64,000 nucleotides of DNA. It comes from an uncultured delta proteobacterium. Lineage in GTDB: Bacteria > Desulfobacterota > Syntrophia > Syntrophales > UBA2192. The position numbers and the translations under genes are program-made. Positions 9,560 through 21,135 of this stretch are shown piece after piece. The stretch is taken from contig CAVPJD010000007.1 of the NCBI GenBank assembly GCA_963705165.1, positions 1-64,000 of the forward strand, written 5' to 3'. How positions within the stretch are numbered: the first letter of the stretch is position 1; each line of letters begins with the position of its first letter. The notes beneath the pieces were generated by a model. It did not search any database, had not been told where the DNA came from, and was given only the letters and a program-made list of their open reading frames with translations.

Positions 9560-9855
9560 TCGTGAAGGATGCCAGGACCTCTGCCCCTGACGGAAGTCGA
9601 GCGTCGTAAGTGGCTGGAGGATTATAGGGGTTTTGCACGTTCATCCAGCATTGGGCTGAATTACCGAAAAATCGCCTACGCCGCAAGGCTGTATCCGCCG
9701 TTATGCCCCGTTGTTCAAGCACAATCCCATTGATTCTCCCTGCAGGCAAATGGATTCTTTCGCCAGTCGATACTGACTGATACCCACCGGCTTCAAGACT
9801 TCCTCCATCCCTATTTCTCCGGGATGAACCGGAGAAAATCTCTCCCGCTCATCAT
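9560..9855 (-). pseudogene. higA: Decayed HigA-family antitoxin
   Basis: Across frameshifts: PVHPGEIGMEEVLKPVGISQYRLAKE / PAGRINGIV..RGITADTALR..RFFGNSAQCWMNVQ; end coordinate approximate. Confidence 0.85.
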
Positions 9856-9861
9856 TGCTCC

Positions 9862-10134
9862 CCAGTGATCATTAACCCTCTCAACATTATTTGCATTTCC
9901 TTCCCGCCGGGCTAAGCAGACGCGCCATTGTTCATGGATGCGTATGCTTTACTGCCCAGGTTTATCCCCTGCCAATGCCTCAAGCCGGCTGCCGCAAGAC
10001 ATTCTTGAATCTTCAAGATCCTTTACCGCGTCCATGATTTCCAACTTCACCAAAAAGTTTATAACCAACTGCATTGATAGACTTATTTCTCGCAGGAATC
10101 AGGGAATCAGGAAATCAGCGAACGTTTTTATCGT
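9862..10134 (-). pseudogene. higB: Decayed HigB (RelE/ParE-family) toxin
   Basis: ACG-IKTFAD ... KLEIMDAVKDLEDSRMSCGSRLEALAGDKPGQ*SIRIHEQWRVCL..EGNANNVE..DH; start codon mutated, internal TAA, terminal stop lost. Confidence 0.82.
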
Positions 10135-10185
10135 ATCCCCTGATTGATCTCCAGTCACGGGGAAACCACTCTCCATGACTGCAAA

Positions 10186-10201
10186 TGGTATGAAATTTGC
10201 C
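10186..10201 (+). promoter_or_regulatory. Putative sigma54 promoter of the sugar biosynthesis operon
   Basis: TGGTATGAAATTTGCC (GG-N10-GC). Confidence 0.65.
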
Positions 10202-10360
10202 TATGTTATGGATCAATCCAAGTCTGGCCGACTTGGCCGCCCTCAGTACCTGTGTCGCACAGATCATGACGACTGGAGAGGGGGTGCATCCTCACCCCAG
10301 CAACGAAGAGTACGTGACGAGGAAAATGATCAAAATCGATGATTGGAAATCAAGAAGATC

Positions 10361-11709
10361 ATGACCGAAACCGAATTGAGAAACCAGATCGCCGCCCTGG
10401 TGGCGCAATTTCACCAAACACGAAACGCAAAACAGGAATTCATCCCTGGCAAGACCCCCGTCCGCTACGCCGGGCGCGTCTTTGATGAAAAGGAAATCCA
10501 GGCGGCCGTGGAGGCGTCCCTCGACTTCTGGCTCACGGAGGGCCGTTTCGCCGAGGAGTTCCAATCCGAGCTGGCCGCCAAGGTGGGCGTCGAATACGCA
10601 ATCCTGACCAATTCCGGCTCCTCCGCCAATCTCCTGGCCCTGACCGCCCTCACTTCCCCGCTCCTGGGCGATCGCCGACTCCATCCCGGCGACGAAGTGA
10701 TCACCGTCGCGGCAGGGTTCCCCACGACCCTCAACCCGATCATCCTGAACAATCTGATCCCGGTCTTTGTCGATGTGGATATTCCCACCTATAATGCCCT
10801 TACCGATCAGATCGCCGCGGCGGTTAACCCCAAAACCCGCGCCATCTTCATCGCCCATACCCTGGGCAACCCCTTTCATCTCGACGAGGTCCTCCGCATC
10901 GTTCAAAAGCACGACCTCTTCCTCATTGAAGACTGCTGCGATGCCCTGGGTTCCACCTACAGGCAAAACGATAAAATTCAAGGCCTGAGCCGCAAGAAAT
11001 TTGTCGGTTCCTTCGGCCATCTGGCCACGTGCAGCTTCTACCCGGCCCACCACATCACTCTCGGCGAAGGCGGGGCCGTGCTCACCTCCGATGAAACCCT
11101 GGCCCGGGCCGTTCGTTCCCTCAAGGACTGGGGGCGGGATTGCCACTGCGGGCCCGGAGAAAACAACGCCTGCGGCAGACGTTTTCCGGGCAATACGGAA
11201 ATCTGCCCCATGGCTATGATCATAAATACGTCTATTCCCACATCGGCTATAACCTGAAGGCCACGGACATCCAGGCCGCCATCGGCGTCGAGCAGTTGAA
11301 GAAACTGGATTCATTCTGCGCCGCCCGCCGCCGGAATTTTCAGTTATGGATGGAAGGATTCCGGAAGTACGAGCACTCTTTCCTGCTCCCCCAGGCCACG
11401 GCAGGATCGGACCCGGCCTGGTTTGCCTTCCCCGTCACGGTGAAAGGCGACGCCGGTTTCACCCGCACCGAACTGACAAAGCATTTGAACGCGCACCGTA
11501 TCGAGACAAGAAATCTCTTCGGCGGCAATCTGCTTCGTCAGCCAGCCTATCTGAACATCGCCCATCGTAAAATCGGAGAGCTGCCCAACACCGACCGCAT
11601 CATGAACGATACCTTCTTCCTCGGAACTTACCCCGGCTTGGGAAAAGAGCAAATCGATTACACCCTGGGTATCATCGATCAATTCCTGTCACTGCGAGGA
11701 GCGAAATGA
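10361..11709 (+). CDS. rfbH: CDP-4-keto-6-deoxyglucose 3-dehydrase (RfbH/DdhC, E1), one frameshift
   Basis: [30 protein letters not shown] (His at the PLP-Lys position), [21 protein letters not shown]; adding 1 base near 11185 restores 450 codons. Confidence 0.93.
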
Positions 11710-12811
11710 CGAAGCCATCTGAAAAAGAACGGCAAATGTTTGGTGGCTTTTATAAAGGGAAGTCCGTCCTCGTGACCGGCCACACAGGCTTCAAGGGTTC
11801 GTGGCTGGCGCTGTGGCTTCATGAACTGGGCGCTGAAGTGACCGGCTTCGCCCTGCCGCCGAATACCGAACCCTCTCATTTTGAACTCATCGGCCTCAAG
11901 AACTCTGGTGCGTCACATCGAAGGCGACATTCGCGATCTCAACGCTGATAGAGCATGCATTCGAACTTGCAAAACCGGAAATTGTCTTCCATCTGGCCGC
12001 CCAGGCCCTGGTGCGGGATTCCTACGACGATCCCAAAACAACTTTTGATACCAATATCGGCGGTACAGTCAATGTTCTGGAGGCCATCCGCCATTGCCCG
12101 ACCGTCAAGGCCGTTGTCATCGTGACATCCGATAAATGCTACGAAAACAAGGAATGGGTCTGGGGCTACCGGGAAAACGACCCGATGGGCGGGCACGACC
12201 CCTACAGCGCCAGCAAGGGGGCGACGGAAATCGTCTGCTCAGCCTATCGTCGCTCTTTCTTTGACAAAGAGGGTCGCGGCCCCCATCCCGGCTTTGCCAC
12301 AGCCCGCGCCGGAAACGTCATCGGTGGCGGCGACTGGGCGAAAGACCGTATCATCCCGGACTGCATCCGCGCCCTGTCCAGGGGAGAGCCGATCATCGTC
12401 CGCAATCCGAATGCTACCCGTCCCTGGCAGCATGTCCTGATCCCCTGTCCGGTTATCTTCACCTGGCAGTGCGGCTTTTGGAAAATCCTGAGAGATTCAG
12501 CGGCGCCTGGAATTTCGGGCCTCGAACATCAGATCAGATTACCGTTCGGGAGCTTGCCGAACGGTTCATCGCTTCCTGGGGAAAAGGCGCCATTCACACA
12601 CCGAATACGAGAAAAGGCGTCGCATGAGGCAGCACCTCTTGCACTTGAGCATCGAAAAGGCGGCATTCGAAGCTGCAATGGCACCCCGTGCTGGATAGCA
12701 CTTCCTCGATCGACTGGACTGTCCATTGGTATAAATTCTGGCATGAGCGCAACAAGAACCTGCAGAAATTGTCTGTTCGACAGATTCGAGAATTCCATAA
12801 ACGGGTATTGA
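11706..12811 (+). CDS. rfbG: CDP-glucose 4,6-dehydratase, several frameshifts
   Basis: VTGHTGFKGSWL, HLAAQALV, TSDKCYEN, DPYSASK, ARAGNVIGGGDW, RPWQHVL. Confidence 0.92.
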
Positions 12812-12877
12812 AGAACGGGCAAGCTTCTTGAATGGGCTCAATGGTCATAGAGCCCTGTCCTATTTTTTGGAGGCACC

Positions 12878-13670
12878 ATGAAAGTAGTCATTTTAGCCGG
12901 CGGGTTGGGCACACGGATCAGCGAAGAATCCCATTTGAAACCCAAACCGATGATCGAAATCGGCGAAAGGCCTATTTTATGGCATATCATGAAAATCTAT
13001 TCCCACTATGGTTTTGACGAATTCATCGTCTGCCTGGGATACAAATCCAATATCGTAAAAGATTATTTCGCCAACTATTTCATGTATGAATCGGACGTGA
13101 GTTTTAATTTCAAAAACGGCAAGGAGATATTTACCCATCGGCATTTCGCCGAAAAATGGACCGTCACGCTGGTCAATACAGGCCTGGAGACCATGACCGG
13201 CGGAAGGGTCAAGCGGATTCAAAAATATATAGGGAATGAGCCGTTCATGCTGACTTACGGCGACGGGGTCTCCGATGTGAACATTACGAATCTCATTCAA
13301 TTTCATCAATCTCACGGCAAAATATGTGACCGTCACGGCGGCGCAACCGTTGGGCAGATTTGGGTCTTTAAACATCAAGAAGACAAGTGAAGTGGCCGGT
13401 TTCGTGGAAAAGCCAAAGGGAGACAACAGCTGGATCAACGGCGGATTTTTTGTCATGCAGCCGGAAGTGTTTGATTACATCAAGGAAGACGACACCAATC
13501 TGGAAATGGATCCTCTGCAGAATACTGGCGCAGGAACATCAGTCTCATGGCATACCGGCATGACGGTTTCTGGCAGCCAATGGATACCATTGCGGGACAA
13601 GACATTGCTGGAAGAACTCTGGAAGTCCGGCAAGGCACCATGGAAAGTATGGCCGTCGAACGGATATTGA
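12878..13670 (+). CDS. rfbF: Glucose-1-phosphate cytidylyltransferase, frameshifted
   Basis: ILAGGLGTRISEES..KPKPMIEIG, TMTGGR, LTYGDGV, WINGGFF, LWKSGKAPWKVW. Confidence 0.93.
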
Positions 13671-13682
13671 AAGGAGCGTTGC

Positions 13683-15194
13683 ATGAAAAACTATTTTGAC
13701 CGGCCCCTTTTTATTTTTGAAATGGCCAACAATCACATGGGAAGCCTGGAGCACGGCCTGAACATGATCAGGGCCTTTGCCGAATTGCCCAACCTTTCCA
13801 TTCCAGTTTGCCTTCAAATTTCAGTTTCGGAATCTGGATACCTTCATCCACCCGGATTATCAAGTCTCGCATGGATCTGAAATATGTCAAACGCTTCAGT
13901 GAAACCAAATTAACCAAAGAACAATTTCAGCAGCTCAAGGACTCGCTGAGCGCAAACGGTTTTATATCCATCTGCACCCCCTTTGACGAGCCATCCGTTG
14001 ACCGGATCGAGGAAATGGAATTCGACATCATTAAAATCGCAAGCTGCTCCTTTACGGACTGGCCTCTTCTGGAGCGTATCGTACAAACCGACAAACCGAT
14101 CATCGCGTCAACGGCGGGAGCGACCCTTGACGAAATGGATAAAGTCGTCAGCTTCTTTCAAAACAGGCAAAAAACGTTCGCCATTCATGCATTGTGTCGG
14201 CGAATATCCCACGAAAACCGGACACGCTGAATCTGAATCAGATCGACCTGCTCAAGCAGCGTTATCCCGGTGTCACCGTGGGTTATTCAACACACGAGGA
14301 GCCGGACAATATCGAATCCATCCAGATCGCGATAGCCAAAGGCGCAGAGCATTTTCGAAAAACATGTCGCTGTCGAAACGGAAACATTTGCGAAGAACGA
14401 ATACTCGGCGACACCCCATCAGATCACCCGCTGGCTGCAAGCTGCCGAACAGGGCCTATCGCATGAACGGCGTTTCGGGGCAGAGATCGAAATCATCAGA
14501 CAAAGAAATGGCGGATCTCAGGCAGTTCAAGCGCGGTGTATTCGCAACGCGCAACATTGCGAAGGGAGAAAAGATCGATACGACAAATACGTTTTTTGCC
14601 TTCCCCAATGTGGACGGCCAACTGCTTGCCAACGATCATGTCAAAATATACGGAATATGTTGCCCAAACGGACATTGAAAGACTTGCGACCTGTGAAAAT
14701 CACAGACCTCACGTGCATCGATCAGAGAGAACGGAGTCTATGCCATCGTCCAGAAAGTCAAAAAGATATTGGCGACCGGAAATGTCGTCGTGCCGGGCAT
14801 GGCGACCCTTGAAGTATCGCACCACTATGGACTGGATCGATTTGAAGAGGTCGGCTGTACTCTCATTAATGTGATCAACAGGGAATACTGCAAAAAGCTG
14901 ATTGTCTTGCTTCCCGGTCAAAAGCATCCTGAGCAGTATCATCACATCAAGGAAGAAACGTTCGTCGTCCTGTGCGGCGATGTCGCCCTGACGCTGGATG
15001 GCGCAAACAAGAATTGCCGCACCGGTGATGTTGCCACCGTGACCCGCGGCACGAAGCATATTTTTACCAGCGAGAATGGCGCGGTAATCGAAGAGATCTC
15101 CTCGACACACCATAAAGACGACTCGTATTACACCGACGAGTCCATTCTTCAGAACAAAGACCGGAAAACAATTATTTCTTATTGGATGGGATAG
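13683..15194 (+). CDS. N-acetylneuraminate-synthase (NeuB)-family protein with SAF and C-terminal cupin domains, several frameshifts
   Basis: EMANNHMG, CTPFDE..KIASCS, HCVGEYP, GYSTHE, KRGVFA (SAF), then REYCKKL..PGQKHPEQYH..KEETF (cupin). Confidence 0.88.
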
Positions 15195-15226
15195 GCTGCC
15201 GTTGATGCCTGCTGAATCGAACAAAA

Positions 15227-15801
15227 TGAAAACCATCGTGTGGGATATCGACGACGTATTGAACGACTGCACAAAAACATGGCTGGAAAACAGCTGGTTG
15301 TCTGCACACCCCGGCTGCAGGTTGAGATACGAGAGCATAACGCAAAATCCGCCCCACGAATTGCTGAATGTGAGCAAGACGGAATATCTCGATTCGCTGG
15401 ATCGATTTCGTCTCTCTTCCGAGGCGGATCATATGGTCCCCGATGACCGTGTGATGCAGTGGTTTAACCGCTATGGCACCCGTTTCCGTCATATTGCCCT
15501 GACGGCAAGACCGAGGAAGACGGTATCCCCCGCTATCGCCTGGATGCTGCGGCATTACGGCGAATGGTTTCAGGCCTTTTGTTTTGTCCCTGCGGAACGA
15601 CCCGGTGAGCCGCCGGGCCACCCCGATCGAAATAAAAGAGATTTTTTGTCCTGGCTGGGTAAAGCCGACTATTTCATCGATGACAGCCCAACCAACATCG
15701 ACGAGGCGAGTCATCTCGGCGTTCATACGTTCCTTGTCGCCCAGCCCTGGAACAGCAGCCATATGACGCTGATGGATATCCTGAAAACGCTTGTAAAATA
15801 A
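15227..15801 (+). CDS. HAD-superfamily hydrolase (5'-nucleotidase-like)
   Basis: WDIDDVL motif I, LTAR motif II, K..FIDDS motifs III/IV. Confidence 0.8.
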
Positions 15802-15829
15802 GATCCTTGAATAGAGAAATGCGGATTCC

Positions 15830-17633
15830 ATGAAATTATCGGATTATGTATTTCAATTTATCGCCACGTTGGGAGTCAAGCACGTCTTCATGTTTGCCGG
15901 GGGCGGCGCCATGCATCTGGTGGATTCAGTGGGCAGAAACAAAAAGCTCACCTATATCTGCAATCTTCATGAACAGGCTTGCGCCATTGCCGCCGATGCC
16001 TACAGCCAATACACGAATCATCTGGGTGTCGCGCTCGTGACGACAGGGCCCGGCGGCACCAACACTCTCACAGGTGTTGCCGGAGCATGGCTGGATTCAA
16101 CACCGATGCTGATTATCTCCGGACAGGTCAAGCGAGCGGACAGGATCGGCGCTTCCGGCGTGCGGCAAATGGGCTTTCAGGAAATCAATATTATCGACCT
16201 TGTCTCTCCCATCACCAAATATGCCGTAACCGTCATGGATCCGGAAAGGATCCGCCATGAACTGGAAAAGGCCGTCTATCTGGCAACGCACGGCCGGCCC
16301 GGCCCCGTCTGGATTGACATCCCCCTCGATGTTCAGGCTGCCCTGGTTCAGGAAAACAACCTTGCGGAATTCACCCCCGAAGCGGCACACAGCCAACCCG
16401 ATCAAAGCGAACCATCGCTTCCGGAGAAGGTGAGCCAGGCCATTGCGTTGCTGAATAAAGCGAAACGCCCCGTCATCCTTGCCGGTAACGGGATCAGGCT
16501 ATCTGATGCTCAGGATGATTTTCTGGCGCTGATTGAAAAGCTGGGCATACCCGTGCTGACCACCTGGAAAGCAGCTGATTTTCTGCCGGAAGATCATCCC
16601 CTTTTTGCGGGCCGGCCTGGGGCATCCGGGCAGCGTGGCGCAAATTTCACGCAGCAAAATGCGGACTGGTTGATGATTCTCGGTGCACGAATGGATTTCG
16701 GCCAGACGGCCTATTCGCATGAAACTTTCGCGCGCGGCGCCCGCAAAATCATGGTCGATATTGATCCTGCCGAGATCCAAAAGCTGAAAATGAAAATAGA
16801 TGTCCCGGTGTATGCCGATAGCCGGGGACTTCATCCGTGAATTCCGCAGACAAGCCCGTAAGGTCACACGTAAAGAATATTCCGAATGGTTGACCACCTG
16901 CAAGGCGTTGGCAGAAGAAATATCCCGTTGTTTTACCTGAATATTGGAAGCAGAAAAAATTTGTTAACGATTATGTCCTGATCGATGTGCTCTCCGATAA
17001 ACTGAAGAAAAACGATCTGCTGATCCCCGGCAGCTCCGGCGCGTGCAGCGAGCGCACCATGCAGGCGATACGGGTCAAAGCCGGCCTGCGCATCTTCAAC
17101 AGCCAGGGGCTTGGCTCCATGGGATTCGGTATTCCCGCAGCCATCGGCGGATGCCTGGCGAGCGGCAAGAAGCGCACCGTCTGCATTGAAGGCGACGGCG
17201 GGTTCATCATGAACATTCAGGAGCTGGAAACAGTCAAGAGACTTAACCTGCCCATCAAGTTCTTTGTTCTGAACAACGACGGTTATGTTTCCATCCAGAC
17301 AACCCAGAAGAATTACTTTGCACGGGCATTCGTAGGAAGCTCCACCGCAAGCGGCCTGACACTGCCCGACATAAAATGGGTGGCCAAATCCTTCGGCATC
17401 GCTACCGCCAACTGAAGAATCACATGGGATCAGGGAAAAGATTCAGAGAATACTGGCAAATGGAGGGGCCTGTGGTCTGCGAAGTCATGGTCTCTCCGGA
17501 TCAGGTCACCGCACCCCGAGTTTCTTCCCGTCAACGAAAAGACGGTTCAATGGAATCGCTTCCCATGGAAGACCTCTGGCCGTTTCTAAATCGGGAAGAA
17601 TTCGAATTGAATATGTTGAAAGACATCGGTTGA
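15830..17633 (+). CDS. Thiamine-diphosphate-dependent enzyme (acetolactate-synthase-like/YerE-like), frameshifted
   Basis: HEQAC..AADAY, VTTGPGGTN, GRPGPVW.DIP.DVQ, GSMGFG.PAAIG, EGDGG..NN ThDP motif, LEDM-like tail PMEDLWPFL. Confidence 0.9.
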
Positions 17634-17716
17634 ATCACAAGGCTAGACTTGTGTTCAGACTGGACTCCAGCTCCATAAGATTCAAGAATGAAGCGCTCTA
17701 TGTGAGGTGGTCATAA

Positions 17717-18694
17717 ATGAAATGTAAAATATGCGGGAATCAACTAATCACATTAATCCAATATGAAAACATGGCCAGTGGAGCACAAATATTCCCCACG
17801 GAAGATACGCTGTCTTCGGATAAGGCCATTTCTTTGCCGATCAGTGAATGTACGGGATGCGGTTTGGTACAAATCCCGGCTAAACCGGTAAACTACTATA
17901 AAAAAGCGATCCGATCAGCAGCGTGGACCCGGGGTGAATGGAGAAAAAAACAGATATCGGAATTTATAAAAGAATTTGATTTGAAGGGTAAAAAAATTAC
18001 TACGATTATGGAGGATCCAAAACCTTCAACCTATGATGCTTTTTTAATGTTTAACTATCTGGAACATTTTCCGAATCCAAAAAAAACGCTATCTAAAATC
18101 CATGCAAATTTGAGTTCACCGGGAGTGGGAATTGTAGAAGTTCCTAACTTTGAGATGATTGTAAAAGAAAGGATCTTCTCTGAGTTAGTGATCGATCATT
18201 TATTTTATTTTACCAAATCGACGTTGACACTCACATTACTTTCCAGCGGATTTGATGTGTTAAAAACCGATGAATTACTGGATGGCTATATCCTGTCGGC
18301 TACCGTGTGTAAAAGGCAGCCCTTAAATTTTGTAGAGTCATTCAAAGAGGAACAGAACAAGCTGCAAAAGGATTTACATAATTATATTTCCAACTATTCA
18401 TCCATAGCCATATGGGGTGCGGGACATCAAACGCTTTTCCTGCTGTCTTTAATAAAAGATCTCAGTAAAATTTCATATATCGTTGATTCCTCCACAAAAA
18501 AACAAGGCAGATACACTCCGGTAACTCATATTCCGATTGTGTCCCCCAGCATTCTACGCTCCAAGCCCGTGGAAGCGATTCTTGTCTTAGTGGGCGGTTT
18601 TTATTACGAAATTCCAGACCAGATTCAATCCTTACATTTAGATTACTCCCCCTCATTGGCTGTCATTAAAAAAACGGAATTGGAGATGCTATGA
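17717..18694 (+). CDS. Sugar C-methyltransferase-like protein (class I SAM fold, apparently lacking motif I)
   Basis: N-terminal CxxC..CxxCGLVQ, FNYLEH, EVPN, DHLFYF, IWGAGH..VDSS.KKQGRYTP. Confidence 0.72.
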   Translation: MKCKICGNQLITLIQYENMASGAQIFPTEDTLSSDKAISLPISECTGCGLVQIPAKPVNYYKKAIRSAAWTRGEWRKKQISEFIKEFDLKGKKITTIMEDPKPSTYDAFLMFNYLEHFPNPKKTLSKIHANLSSPGVGIVEVPNFEMIVKERIFSELVIDHLFYFTKSTLTLTLLSSGFDVLKTDELLDGYILSATVCKRQPLNFVESFKEEQNKLQKDLHNYISNYSSIAIWGAGHQTLFLLSLIKDLSKISYIVDSSTKKQGRYTPVTHIPIVSPSILRSKPVEAILVLVGGFYYEIPDQIQSLHLDYSPSLAVIKKTELEML

Positions 18695-19724
18695 GAACGC
18701 AACAAGAAGCCATAAAGAGAGAAAAGCTAAAACATGAAAAGCCTGAAGCGTATGCAAAGGTCATTCAATTCAAAGAAAAAATCGAAAGAGGAGAAAGTAT
18801 AACCATTCTTCAATTTCAATTCGATTATCGGTGTAATTTCAAGTGTTCTCATTGTTCTGTCTCCAACAGAACCAATCCAAACCGAAAAGAATTGCACGTT
18901 GAAGATGTGGCCCATATTGCAAAACAAGCAGACGAATTGGGTTTAGCCCGGTGGGTATTCACGGGTGGCGAGCCTTTGATGTCTCCAAAATTAGCTCCAT
19001 TCTTAAAAGCCCTAGATCCCGCAAAATGGTATATCAATTGTGATACCAATGGATGGTTATTGGATCAGGATCGTGCCATTAAGCTGAAAATGTCAGGAGT
19101 GGATAGAATCCAGTTAAGCATCGATGGCCTGGATGCTTCTCAGCATGATGAATTTAGAAAAAAAAGGGGTCTCATGCCAGATGCATGAAAGCGGTGGATG
19201 CAACCTTGCAAGCTGGAATGGACGTATTCATACAGACCGTTGTTACGAAACAACGATTGCATTCGTCAGAATTTAAACAGTTTTTAGACTACTTTACAAA
19301 AAGAGATATTGATGTGTTTGTGACTTTTGCCAAACCGGTGGGGAGTTTTGAGGGACACTTTGAGGGCATGATTGATCAGAATGATTTGGATTATTTTAGA
19401 GACATGGAAAATCTTTATCGTGTCTTCAGCCATTTAACACCCGCTTTTGGAATGGACTTGGGTTGCCCGGCTGTTAAAGGGATTACTACAATAACGGCAT
19501 ATGGGGATGTCCTTGGATGTCAATACACTCCCATTTCCATCGGGAATCTATTTACGGAACCGCTCAAAGATATTCTGGAACGGGGAGCAACGATCAAACA
19601 GTATGGAGAATATTCACCCATATGTCCACCCGTGATGGATCGAACTTTTATTGAACGAACGTATGGAAAACAATTTCCTATTCCATGGAACGAATTCTTC
19701 AGACAAGAGGAGTTTATCAAATGA
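18691..19724 (+). CDS. Radical SAM protein with Twitch/SPASM-like tail, one frameshift
   Basis: CNFKCSHC, TGGEP, DTNG, SIDG, CPAV..GDV.GC; adding 1 base at the A/G run near 19160-19169 restores 345 codons. Confidence 0.88.
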
Positions 19725-19897
19725 ACCTCGTTGCGTTGGGCACGCTCTACGGACGTCTTCACATCCTTCATGGGGTTCCAGGCGACTTGTGCCCTGAACG
19801 CCGCTGCACGCTGCGAGAAACTCGGTGCTCTTTCACTATGAGAAGTTCTGAAGTAAAAATACGAAATAATAGAAGCGTATTCATTTTGGTTTAATTT

Positions 19898-20965
19898 ATG
19901 TCTGATATTATCAATGAAGACCTGGATATCATTTGCCGCAGCGGATTGGATTGGAATAGATTTAAAAATTGTACGGTCTTGATTTCCGGTGCCTATGGAA
20001 TGTTGCCATCCTATATGCTATTCACGCTACTGCATCTGAATGAAATGTATCGTGGTTTGAATATAAACGTCATTGCGCTTTGCCGGAATTACGATAAGGC
20101 AAAAATAAAATTCGGCGCTTCAATGGATAATCCATTCCTTACTGTCATGTGTCATGATGTTAACAATGAAATCAAGATCGCAGGTCCGATCGATTACATT
20201 ATACATGCAGCCAGCTATGCCAGCTCGGCCTTTTACGGGGTTGATCCGATTGGAGTCATTTCTCCCAACGTTTTCGGAAATAGAAATCTACTCGAACTGG
20301 GCCGAGAAAAAAATGTTAAAGGTTTTCTATTTTTCAGCAGCGGAGAAGTATGCGGCGCAATTGATAAAGACTCCATAACCGAGCAGGATGCCGGCTATTT
20401 AGATCCGACCGATGTAAGGAATTGCTATGGTGAAAGCAAGCGCATGGGAGAAAACATGTGCAAATGCTGGTATCATCAATATCAAGTGCCCACATATATC
20501 GTCAGGCCGGATCACACGTATGGCCCGACCATGGATTTAGAAAATGATCACCGCGTTTTCGCTGAATTTGTATCCGATGCAGTAAACAATAAAAATATTG
20601 TAATCAAAAGCGATGGTCAGCCCGTAAGGACATTTTGTTATATTAGTGATGCCACGGATGGTTTCTTTAGAGTCCTGTTAAATGGTGCACCGGGTGAAAG
20701 TTATCATGTCAGCAATAATGAAGGACGGATATCGATTGCAGATCTTGCAAATCTGATCGTCTCTTTATTCCCGGAGAAAAGCTTAAGCGTGATTTATGAC
20801 AAACGAAAAGACAGTGAGCATTATCTAGAAAACAAGCATGCCATAAGACCCATGTTGTCAACCGCTAAAATTGAAAAACTGGGATACAAATGCCTTTTTA
20901 ATTTACGAGATGGTTTTCATCGTACGATAAGCCATTTTATGAAGGAGAATAAAGCCTCCTGTTAA
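19898..20965 (+). CDS. NAD-dependent epimerase/dehydratase (extended SDR)
   Basis: SGAYGML, HAAS, SSGEV, YGESK, HTYGP, RTFCYISD. Confidence 0.9.
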   Translation: MSDIINEDLDIICRSGLDWNRFKNCTVLISGAYGMLPSYMLFTLLHLNEMYRGLNINVIALCRNYDKAKIKFGASMDNPFLTVMCHDVNNEIKIAGPIDYIIHAASYASSAFYGVDPIGVISPNVFGNRNLLELGREKNVKGFLFFSSGEVCGAIDKDSITEQDAGYLDPTDVRNCYGESKRMGENMCKCWYHQYQVPTYIVRPDHTYGPTMDLENDHRVFAEFVSDAVNNKNIVIKSDGQPVRTFCYISDATDGFFRVLLNGAPGESYHVSNNEGRISIADLANLIVSLFPEKSLSVIYDKRKDSEHYLENKHAIRPMLSTAKIEKLGYKCLFNLRDGFHRTISHFMKENKASC

Positions 20966-21135
20966 AGGAAATGTAAGCCGCCATTCTGCCGATCGAAGAT
21001 TTGGTCGTTCCTGAGAGTATCGTGCTTACCGACAACCTTTCAAAAACAGAGCGTCCATACCAACTACACGATTAGCAGCCTGATGTAATTGATGGATCAA
21101 TGATTATTTTATCAAAACGTATCCAGAGGCACTAA

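Noticed and set aside
15830..17633. Housekeeping acetolactate synthase (ilvB)
   Set aside because: No ilvN/ilvC nearby and embedded in a nucleotide-sugar operon; treated as a sugar-modifying ThDP enzyme instead.
19733..19815. attC-like fragment (GTTGGGC ... CCTGAAC) between the radical SAM and SDR genes
   Set aside because: Boxes are in the wrong order for one site, there is no convincing stem, and no integrase is present.
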